A stretch of 64,000 bases of DNA from Auanema rhodensis (Eukaryota > Animalia > Nematoda): the NCBI GenBank assembly GCA_964057225.1, contig OZ059899.1, positions 1,488,001-1,552,000 of the forward strand. The letters are read 5' to 3'. The translations under genes and the position numbers were made by a program. Under the pieces are notes generated by a model. It was not told the DNA's origin and did not search any database. It saw nothing but the letters and a program-made list of their open reading frames with translations. Below, in pieces: positions 52,701 through 64,000 of this stretch (its first letter is position 1; the number at the start of each line of letters is the position of its first letter).

Positions 52701-55700
52701 GCAAAGACGATGGACAATGTTATTCAACGAAAAAATTAATTCTTCAGGGTGAAAATCGAGGATATAAGTGTGAACTTATATCAGTTGATATCTCGGTGCA
52801 TTTTTAAGCTAGCGCAAATCTAATAACACAGATCGACGCAGCTTAAAAATCCGCATCGAATGCACTAAACTACATTGAGAAACGCTTGATACAAAAATTA
52901 GTTATGATCGTTTGAAAAATGATGCATTAGTGTATGTTGAGTTTCCATGTACACTCAACATTGCTTCCAAAAACATTTTGACAAAAATTTTTTCGAAAAA
53001 TTTCAAAATAATTTAGCAAAAAGTAGATGTTTTTAGATTCCATTTTTCAAGGCAAAGACGATGGACAATGTTATTCAACGAAAAAATTAATTCTTCAGGG
53101 TTAAAATCGAGGATATAAGTGTGAACTTATATCAGTTGATATCTCGGTGCATTTTTAAGCTAGCGCAAATCTGATAACACAGATCGACGCAGCTTAAAAA
53201 TCCGCATCGAATGCATTATACTACATTGAGAAACGCTTAATACAAAAATTAGTTATGATCGTTTGAAAAATGATGCATTAGTGTATGTTGAGTTTCCATG
53301 TACACTCAACATTGCTTCCAAAAACATTTTGACAAAAATTTTTTCGAAAAATTTCAAAATAATTTAGCAAAAAGTAGATGTTTTTAGATTCCTTCATTCA
53401 AGGCAAAGACGATGGACAATGTTATTCAACGAAAAAATTAATTCTTCAGGGTGAAAATCGAGGATATAAGTGTGAACTTATATCAGTTGATATCTCGGTG
53501 CATTTTTAAGCTAGCGCAAATCTAATAACACAGATCGACGCAGCTTAAAAATCCGCATCGAATGCACTAAACTACATTGAGAAACGCTTGATACAAAAAT
53601 TAGTTATGATCGTTTGAAAAATGATGCATTAGTGTATGTTGAGTTTCCATGTACACTCAACATTGCTTCCAAAAACATTTTGACAAAAATTTTTTCGAAA
53701 AATTTCAAAATAATTTAGCAAAAAGTAGATGTTTTTAGATTCCATTTTTCAAGGCAAAGACGATGGACAATGTTATTCAACGAAAAAATTATTCCTTCAG
53801 GGTGAAAATCGAGGATATAAGTGTGAACTTATATCAGTTGATATCTCGGTGCATTTTTAAGCTAGCGCAAATCTGATAACACAGATCGACGCAGCTTAAA
53901 AATCCGCATCGAATGCACTAAACTACATTGAGAAACGCTTGATACAAAAATTAGTTATGATCGTTTGAAAAATGATGCATTAGTGTATGTTGAGTTTCCA
54001 TGTACACTCAACATTGCTTCCAAAAACATTTTGACAAAAATTTTTTCGAAAAATTTCAGAATAATTTAGCAAAAAGTAGATGTTTTTAGATTCCATTTTT
54101 CAAGGCAAAGACGATGGACAATGTTATTCAACGAAAAAATTATTCCTTCAGGGTGAAAATCGAGGATATAAGTGTGAACTTATATCAGTTGATATCTCGG
54201 TGCATTTTTAAGCTAGCGCAAATCTGATAACACAGATCGACGCAGCTTAAAAATCCGCATCGAATGCACTAAACTACATTGAGAAACGCTTGATACAAAA
54301 ATTAGTTATGATCCTTTGAAAAATGATGCATTAGTGTATGTTGAGTTTCCATGTACACTCAACAATGCTTCCAAAAACATTTTGACAAAAATTTTTTCGA
54401 AAAATTTCAAAATAATTTAGCGAAAAGTAGATGTTTTTAGATTCCATTTTTCAAGGCAAAGACGATGGACAATGTTATTCAACGAAAAAATTATTCCTTC
54501 AGGGTGAAAATCGAGGATATAAGTGTGAACTTATATCAGTTGATATCTCGGTGCATTTTTAAGCTAGCGCAAATCTGATAACACAGATCGACGCAGCTTG
54601 AAAATCCGCATCGAATGCACTAAACTACATTGAGAAACGCTTGATACAAAAATTAGTTATGATCGTTTGAAAAATGATGCATTAGTGTATGTTGAGTTTC
54701 CATGTACACTCAACATTGCTTCCAAAAACATTTTGACAAAAATTTTTTCGAAAAATTTCAGAATAATTTAGCAAAAAGTAGATGTTTTTAGATTCCATTT
54801 TTCAAGGCAGAGACGATGGACAATGTTATTCAACGAAAAAATTAATTCTTCAGGGTGAAAATCGAGGATATAAGTGTGAACTTATATCAGTTGATATCTC
54901 GGTGCATTTTTAAGCTAGCGCAAATCTGATAACACAGGTCGACGCAGCTTGAAAATCCGCATCGAATGCACTATACTACATTGAGAAACGCTTAATACAA
55001 AAATTAGTTATGATCCTTTGAAAAATGATGCATTAGTGTATGTTGAGTTTCCATGTACACTCAACAATGCTTCCAAAAACATTTTGACAAAAATGTTTTC
55101 GAAAAATTTCAAAATAATTTAGCAAAAAGTAGATGTTTTTAGATTCCATTTTTCAAGGCAAAGACGATGGACAATGTTATTCAACGAAAAAATTAATTCT
55201 TCAGGGTGAAAATCGAGGATATAAGTGTGAACTTATATTAGTTGATATCTCGGTGCATTTTTAAGCTAGCGCAAATCTGATAACACAGATCGACGCAGCT
55301 TAAAAATCCGCATCGAATGCACTATACTACATTGAGAAACGCTTAATACAAAAATTAGTTATGATCCTTTGAAAAATGATGCATTAGTGTATGTTGAGTT
55401 TCCATGTACACTCAACAATGCTTTCAAAAACATTTTGACAAAAATTTTTTCGAAAAATTTCAAAATAATTTAGCAAAAAGTAGATGTTTTTAGATTCCAT
55501 TTTTTAAGGCAAAGATGATGGACAATGTTATTCAACGAAAAAATTAATTCTTCAGGGTGAAAATCGAGGATATAAGTGTGAACTTATATCAGTTGATATC
55601 TCGGTGCATTTTTAAGCTAGCGCAAATCTGATAACACAGATCGACGCAGCTTAAAAATCCGCATCGAATGCATTATACTACATTGAGAAACGCTTAATAC

Positions 55701-58700
55701 AAAAATTAGTTATGATCGTTTGAAAAATGATGCATTAGTGTATGTTGAGTTTCCATGTACACTCAACATTGCTTCCAAAAACATTTTGACAAAAATTTTT
55801 TCGAAAAATTTCAGAATAATTTAGCAAAAAGTAGATGTTTTTAGATTCCATTTTTCAAAGCAGAGACGATGGACAATGTTATTCAACGAAAAAATTAATT
55901 CTTCAGGGTGAAAATCGAGGATATAAGTGTGAACTTATATCAGTTGATATCTCGGTGCATTTTTAAGCTAGCGCAAATCTGATAACACAGGTCGACGCAG
56001 CTTGAAAATCCGCATCGAATGCACTATACTACATTGAGAAACGCTTAATACAAAAATTAGTTATGATCCTTTGAAAAATGATGCATTAGTGTATGTTGAG
56101 TTTCCATGTACACTCAACAATGCTTCCAAAAACATTTTGACAAAAATTTTTTCGAAAAATTTCAAAATAATTTAGCAAAAAGTAGATGTTTTTAGATTCC
56201 ATTTTCCAAGGCAAAGACGATGGACAATGTTATTCAACGAAAAAATTAATTCTTCAGGGTGAAAATCGAGGATATAAGTGTGAACTTATATCAGTTGATA
56301 TCTCGGTGCATTTTTAAGCTAGCGCAAATCTAATAACACAGATCGACGCAGCTTAAAAATCCGCATCGAATGCACTAAACTACATTGAGAAACGCTTGAT
56401 ACAAAAATTAGTTATGATCGTTTGAAAAATGATGCATTAGTGTATGTTGAGTTTCCATGTACACTCAACATTGCTTCCAAAAACATTTTGACAAAAATTT
56501 TTTCGAAAAATTTCAGAATAATTTAGCAAAAAGTAGATGTTTTTAGATTCCATTTTTCAAGGCAAAGACGATGGACAATGTTATTCAACGAAAAAATTAT
56601 TCCTTCAGGGTGAAAATCGAGGATATAAGTGTGAACTTATATCAGTTGATATCTCGGTGCATTTTTAAGCTAGCGCAAATCTGATAACACAGATCGACGC
56701 AGCTTAAAAATCCGCATCGAATGCACTAAACTACATTGAGAAACGCTTGATACAAAAATTAGTTATGATCGTTTGAAAAATGATGCATTAGTGTATGTTG
56801 AGTTTCCATGTACACTCAACATTGCTTCCAAAAACATTTTGACAAAAATTTTTTCGAAAAATTTCAGAATAATTTAGCAAAAAGTAGATGTTTTTAGATT
56901 CCATTTTTCAAGGCAAAGACGATGGACAATGTTATTCAACGAAAAAATTATTCCTTCAGGGTGAAAATCGAGGATATAAGTGTGAACTTATATCAGTTGA
57001 TATCTCGGTGCATTTTTAAGCTAGCGCAAATCTGATAACACAGATCGACGCAGCTTAAAAATCCGCATCGAATGCACTAAACTACATTGAGAAACGCTTG
57101 ATACAAAAATTAGTTATGATCCTTTGAAAAATGATGCATTAGTGTATGTTGAGTTTCCATGTACACTCAACAATGCTTCCAAAAACATTTTGACAAAAAT
57201 TTTTTCGAAAAATTTCAAAATAATTTAGCGAAAAGTAGATGTTTTTAGATTCCATTTTTCAAGGCAAAGACGATGGACAATGTTATTCAACGAAAAAATT
57301 TTTCCTTCAGGGTGAAAATCGAGGATATAAGTGTGAACTTATATCAGTTGATATCTCGGTGCATTTTTAAGCTAGCGCAAATCTGATAACACAGATCGAC
57401 GCAGCTTGAAAATCCGCATCGAATGCACTAAACTACATTGAGAAACGCTTGATACAAAAATTAGTTATGATCGTTTGAAAAATGATGCATTAGTGTATGT
57501 TGAGTTTCCATGTACACTCAACATTGCTTCCAAAAACATTTTGACAAAAATTTTTTCGAAAAATTTCAGAATAATTTAGCAAAAAGTAGATGTTTTTAGA
57601 TTCCATTTTTCAAGGCAGAGACGATGGACAATGTTATTCAACGAAAAAATTAATTCTTCAGGGTGAAAATCGAGGATATAAGTGTGAACTTATATCAGTT
57701 GATATCTCGGTGCATTTTTAAGCTAGCGCAAATCTGATAACACAGATCGACGCAGCTTAAAAATCCGCATCGAATGCACTATACTACATTGAGAAACGCT
57801 TAATACAAAAATTAGTTATGATCCTTTGAAAAATGATGCATTAGTGTATGTTGAGTTTCCATGTACACTCAACAATGCTTCCAAAAAATTTTGACAAAAA
57901 TTTTTTCGAAAAATTTCAAAATAATTTAGCAAAAAGTAGATGTTTTTAGATTCCATTTTTTAAGGCAAAGACGATGGACAATGTTATTCAACGAAAAAAT
58001 TAATTCTTCAGGGTGAAAATCGAGGATATAAGTGTGAACTTATATCAGTTGATATCTCGGTGCATTTTTAAGCTAGCGCAAATCTGATAACACAGATCGA
58101 CGCAGCTTAAAAATCCGCATCGAATGCATTATACTACATTGAGAAACGCTTAATACAAAAATTAGTTATGATCGTTTGAAAAATGATGCATTAGTGTATG
58201 TTGAGTTTCCATGTACACTCAACATTGCTTCCAAAAACATTTTGACAAAAATTTTTTCGAAAAATTTCAGAATAATTTAGCAAAAAGTAGATGTTTTTAG
58301 ATTCCATTTTTCAAAGCAGAGACGATGGACAATGTTATTCAACGAAAAAATTAATTCTTCAGGGTGAAAATCGAGGATATAAGTGTGAACTTATATCAGT
58401 TGATATCTCGGTGCATTTTTAAGCTAGCGCAAATCTGATAACACAGGTCGACGCAGCTTGAAAATCCGCATCGAATGCACTATACTACATTGAGAAACGC
58501 TTAATACAAAAATTAGTTATGATCCTTTGAAAAATGATGCATTAGTGTATGTTGAGTTTCCATGTACACTCAACAATGCTTCCAAAAACATTTTGACAAA
58601 AATTTTTTCGAAAAATTTCAGAATAATTTAGCAAAAAGTAGATGTTTTTAGATTCCATTTTTCAAGGCAGAGACGATGGACAATGTTATTCAACGAAAAA

Positions 58701-61700
58701 ATTAATTCTTCAGGGTGAAAATCGAGGATATAAGTGTGAACTTATATCAGTTGATATCTCGGTGCATTTTTAAGCTAGCGCAAATCTGATAACACAGGTC
58801 GACGCAGCTTGAAAATCCGCATCGAATGCACTGTACTACATTGAGAAACGCTTAATACAAAAATTAGTTATGATCCTTTGAAAAATGATGCATTAGTGTA
58901 TGTTGAGTTTCCATGTACACTCAACAATGCTTCCAAAAACATTTTGACAAAAATTTTTTCGAAAAATTTCAAAATAATTTAGCAAAAAGTAGATGTTTTT
59001 AGATTCCATTTTTTAAGGCAAAGACGATGGACAATGTTATTCAACGAAAAAATTAATTCTTCAGGGTGAAAATCGAGGATATAAGTGTGAACTTATATCA
59101 GTTGATATCTCGGTGCATTTTTAAGCTAGCGCAAATCTGATAACACAGATCGACGCAGCTTAAAAATCCGCATCGAATGCATTATACTACATTGAGAAAC
59201 GCTTAATACAAAAATTAGTTATGATCGTTTGAAAAATGATGCATTAGTGTATGTTGAGTTTCCATGTACACTCAACATTGCTTCCAAAAACATTTTGACA
59301 AAAATTTTTTCGAAAAATTTCAGAATAATTTAGCAAAAAGTAGATGTTTTTAGATTCCATTTTTCAAAGCAGAGACGATGGACAATGTTATTCAACGAAA
59401 AAATTAATTCTTCAGGGTGAAAATCGAGGATATAAGTGTGAACTTATATCAGTTGATATCTCGGTGCATTTTTAAGCTAGCGCAAATCTGATAACACAGG
59501 TCGACGCAGCTTGAAAATCCGCATCGAATGCACTATACTACATTGAGAAACGCTTAATACAAAAATTAGTTATGATCCTTTGAAAAATGATGCATTAGTG
59601 TATGTTGAGTTTCCATGTACACTCAACAATGCTTCCAAAAACATTTTGACAAAAATTTTTTCGAAAAATTTCAGAATAATTTAGCAAAAAGTAGATGTTT
59701 TTAGATTCCATTTTTCAAGGCAGAGACGATGGACAATGTTATTCAACGAAAAAATTAATTCTTCAGGGTGAAAATCGAGGATATAAGTGTGAACTTATAT
59801 CAGTTGATATCTCGGTGCATTTTTAAGCTAGCGCAAATCTGATAACACAGGTCGACGCAGCTTGAAAATCCGCATCGAATGCACTGTACTACATTGAGAA
59901 ACGCTTAATACAAAAATTAGTTATGATCCTTTGAAAAATGATGCATTAGTGTATGTTGAGTTTCCATGTACACTCAACAATGCTTCCAAAAACATTTTGA
60001 CAAAAATTTTTTCGAAAAATTTCAAAATAATTTAGCAAAAAGTAGATGTTTTTAGATTCCATTTTTTAAGGCAAAGACGATGGACAATGTTATTCAACGA
60101 AAAAATTAATTCTTCAGGGTGAAAATCGAGGATATAAGTGTGAACTTATATCAGTTGATATCTCGGTGCATTTTTAAGCTAGCGCAAATCTGATAACACA
60201 GATCGACGCAGCTTAAAAATCCGCATCGAATGCATTATACTACATTGAGAAACGCTTAATACAAAAAATAGTTATGATCGTTTGAAAAATGATGCATTAG
60301 TGTATGTTGAGTTTCCATGTACACTCAACATTGCTTCCAAAAACATTTTGACAAAAATTTTTTCGAAAAATTTCAAAATAATTTAGCAAAAAGTAGATGT
60401 TTTTAGATTCCTTTATTCAAGGCAAAGACGATGGACAATGTTATTCAACGAAAAAATTAATTCTTCAGGGTGAAAATCGAGGATATAAGTGTGAACTTAT
60501 ATCAGTTGATATCTCGGTGCATTTTTAAGCTAGCGCAAATCTAATAACACAGATCGACGCAGCTTAAAAATCCGCATCGAATGCACTAAACTACATTGAG
60601 AAACGCTTGATACAAAAATTAGTTATGATCGTTTGAAAAATGATGCATTAGTGTATGTTGAGTTTCCATGTACACTCAACATTGCTTCCAAAAACATTTT
60701 GACAAAAATTTTTTCGAAAAATTTCAGAATAATTTAGCAAAAAGTAGATGTTTTTAGATTCCATTTTTCAAGGCAGAGACGATGGACAATGTTATTCAAC
60801 GAAAAAATTTATTCTTCAGGGTGAAAATCGAGGATATAAGTGTGAACTTATATCAGTTGATATCTCGGTGCATTTTTAAGCTAGCGCAAATCTGATAACA
60901 CAGGTCGACGCAGCTTGAAAATCCGCATCGAATGCACTGTACTACATTGAGAAACGCTTAATACAAAAATTAGTTATGATCCTTTGAAAAATGATGCATT
61001 AGTGTATGTTGAGTTTCCATGTACACTCAACAATGCTTCCAAAAACATTTTGACAAAAATTTTTTCGAAAAATTTCAAAATAATTTAGCAAAAAGTAGAT
61101 GTTTTTAGATTCCATTTTTTAAGGCAAAGACGATGGACAATGTTATTCAACGAAAAAATTAATTCTTCAGGGTGAAAATCGAGGATATAAGTGTGAACTT
61201 ATATCAGTTGATATCTCGGTGCATTTTTAAGCTAGCGCAAATCTGATAACACAGATCGACGCAGCTTAAAAATCCGCATCGAATGCATTATACTACATTG
61301 AGAAACGCTTAATACAAAAAATAGTTATGATCGTTTGAAAAATGATGCATTAGTGTATGTTGAGTTTCCATGTACACTCAACATTGCTTCCAAAAACATT
61401 TTGACAAAAATTTTTTCGAAAAATTTCAAAATAATTTAGCAAAAAGTAGATGTTTTTAGATTCCTTTATTCAAGGCAAAGACGATGGACAATGTTATTCA
61501 ACGAAAAAATTAATTCTTCAGGGTGAAAATCGAGGATATAAGTGTGAACTTATATCAGTTGATATCTCGGTGCATTTTTAAGCTAGCGCAAATCTAATAA
61601 CACAGATCGACGCAGCTTAAAAATCCGCATCGAATGCACTAAACTACATTGAGAAACGCTTGATACAAAAATTAGTTATGATCGTTTGAAAAATGATGCA

Positions 61701-64000
61701 TTAGTGTATGTTGAGTTTCCATGTACACTCAACATTGCTTCCAAAAACATTTTGACAAAAATTTTTTCGAAAAATTTCAAAATAATTTAGCAAAAAGTAG
61801 ATGTTTTTAGATTCCATTTTTCAAGGCAAAGACGATGGACAATGTTATTCAACGAAAAAATTATTCCTTCAGGGTGAAAATCGAGGATATAAGTGTGAAC
61901 TTATATCAGTTGATATCTCGGTGCATTTTTAAGCTAGCGCAAATCTGATAACACAGATCGACGCAGCTTAAAAATCCGCATCGAATGCACTAAACTACAT
62001 TGAGAGACGCTTGATACAAAAATTAGTTATGATCGTTTGAAAAATGATGCATTAGTGTATGTTGAGTTTCCATGTACACTCAACATTGCTTCCAAAAACA
62101 TTTTGACAAAAATTTTTTCGAAAAATTTCAGAATAATTTAGCAAAAAGTAGATGTTTTTAGATTCCATTTTTCAAGGCAAAGACGATGGACAATGTTATT
62201 CAACGAAAAAATTATTCCTTCAGGGTGAAAATCGAGGATATAAGTGTGAACTTATATCAGTTGATATCTTGGTGCATTTTTAAGCTAGCGCAAATCTGAT
62301 AACACAGATCGACGCAGCTTAAAAATCCGCATCGAATGCATTATACTACATTGAGAAACGCTTAATACAAAAATTAGTTATGATCGTTTGAAAAATGATG
62401 CATTAGTGTATGTTGAGTTTCCATGTACACTCAACATTGCTTCCAAAAACATTTTGACAAAAATTTTTTCGAAAAATTTCTAAATAATTTAGCAGAAAGT
62501 AGATGTTTTTAGATTCCTTTGTTCAAGGCAAAGACGATGGACAATGTTATTCAACGAAAAAATTAATTCTTCAGGGTGAAAATCGAGGATATAAGTGTGA
62601 ACTTATATCAGTTGATATCTCGGTGCATTTTTAAGCTAGCGCAAATCTAATAACACAGATCGACGCAGCTTAAAAATCCGCATCGAATGCACTAAACTAC
62701 ATTGAGAGACGCTTGATACAAAAATTAGTTATGATCGTTTGAAAAATGATGCATTAGTGTATGTTGAGTTTCCATGTACACTCAACATTGCTTCCAAAAA
62801 CATTTTGACAAAAATTTTTTCGAAAAATTTCAGAATAATTTAGCAAAAAGTAGATGTTTTTAGATTCCATTTTTCAAGGCAAAGACGATGGACAATGTTA
62901 TTCAACGAAAAAATTATTCCTTCAGGGTGAAAATCGAGGATATAAGTGTGAACTTATATCAGTTGATATCTTGGTGCATTTTTAAGCTAGCGCAAATCTG
63001 ATAACACAGATCGACGCAGCTTAAAAATCCGCATCGAATGCATTATACTACATTGAGAAACGCTTAATACAAAAATTAGTTATGATCCTTTGAAAAATGA
63101 TGCATTAGTGTATGTTGAGTTTCCATGTACACTCAACATTGTTTCCAAAAACATTTTGACAAAAATTTTTTTGAAAAATTTCAGAATAATTTAGCAAAAA
63201 GTAGCTGTTTTTAGATTCCATTTTTCGAGGCAAAGACGATAGACAATGTTATTCAACAAGAAAATTAATTCTTCAGGGTGAAAATCGAGGATATAAGTGT
63301 GAACTTATATCAGTTGATATCTCGGTGCATTTTTAAGCTAGCGCAAATCTGATAACACAGATCGACGCAGCTTAAAAATCCGCATCGAATGCACTATACT
63401 ACATTGAGAAACGCTTAATACAAAAATTAGTTATGATCGTTTGAAAAATGATGCATTAGTGTATGTTGAGTTTCCATGTACACTCAACATTGCTTCCAAA
63501 AACATTTTGACAAAAATTTTTTCGAAAAATTTCAAAATAATTTAGCAAAAAGTAGATGTTTTTAGATTCCATTTTTTAAGGCAAAGACGATAGACAATGT
63601 TATTCAACGAAAAAATTATTCCTTCAGGGTGAAAATCGAGGATATAAGTGTGAACTTATATCAGTTGATATCTCGGTGCATTTTTAAGCTAGCGCAAATC
63701 TGATAACACAGATCGACGCAGCTTGAAAATCCGCATCGAATGCACTAAACTACATTGAGAAACGCTTGATACAAAAATTAGTTATGATCGTTTGAAAAAT
63801 GATGCATTAGTGTATGTTGAGTTTCCATGTACACTCAACATTGCTTCCAAAAACATTTTGACAAAAATTTTTTCGAAAAATTTCAGAATAATTTAGCAAA
63901 AAGTAGATGTTTTTAGATTCCATTTTTCAAGGCAGAGACGATGGACAATGTTATTCAACGAAAAAATTAATTCTTCAGGGTGAAAATCGAGGATATAAGT
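49750..64000. repeat. Subfamily G domain with short 2-mer/3-mer duplications
   Basis: Markers are GATCCTTT, CTAATAAC, CACTAAAC, CTTGATAC, GGCAGAG, CAGGTCGAC and GCATTATA. CACTGTAC lies at 58833, 59886 and 60939 (1053-bp spacing). Confidence 0.82.

Larger units (their letters stand above)
1..64000. repeat. Tandem satellite DNA array, 351-bp monomer, ~182 head-to-tail copies; continues beyond both window edges
   Basis: CAAAATAATTTAGC recurs at 1, 352, 3511, 7021 and 14041 (1+351n). The phase shifts +2 after ~40130 and is net +1 after ~57888 (a monomer starts at 63182). No non-repeat sequence was seen. Confidence 0.99.

Noticed and set aside
1-64000. CRISPR array or integron-like cassette array
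   Set aside because: There are no unique spacers or cassettes; the entire 351 bp is repeated. No cas or integrase gene is present.
1-64000. Giant repetitive protein gene (351 bp = 117 codons)
   Set aside because: The ORF track shows nothing longer than 63 aa in any of the six frames, and stops recur in every monomer.
1-64000. Pure assembly or synthetic artefact
   Set aside because: Hierarchical, domain-specific SNP haplotypes indicate a real evolved array, although individual near-identical blocks still need read validation.

Overview
The whole 64 kb window is one uninterrupted head-to-tail array of a 351-bp AT-rich satellite monomer (about 31% GC by hand count, about 182 copies, all in the same orientation). 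Most copies differ from the consensus by only a few substitutions. I see no genes, RNA genes, transposon insertions, inversions or CRISPR spacers. The five 63-aa ORFs are by-products of a single base change in a TAG codon inside the repeat. The structure of interest lies at two scales. First, the monomer is packed with dyad symmetries, including a ~67-nt imperfect hairpin and two perfect 9-bp stems. Second, diagnostic SNPs divide the array into kb-scale subfamily domains with nested higher-order repeats (2-, 3-, 4-, 10-, 11- and 12-mers), orphan monomers and only two phase-shifting indels. This is the typical signature of a eukaryotic (peri)centromeric satellite expanding by local duplication, probably in a host with little CpG methylation. 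I cannot identify the species or satellite family from the sequence alone, and I found no supportable novel protein-coding system. All variant calls were made by eye and domain boundaries are approximate. Monomer position (pos) is counted from base 1 of the window.
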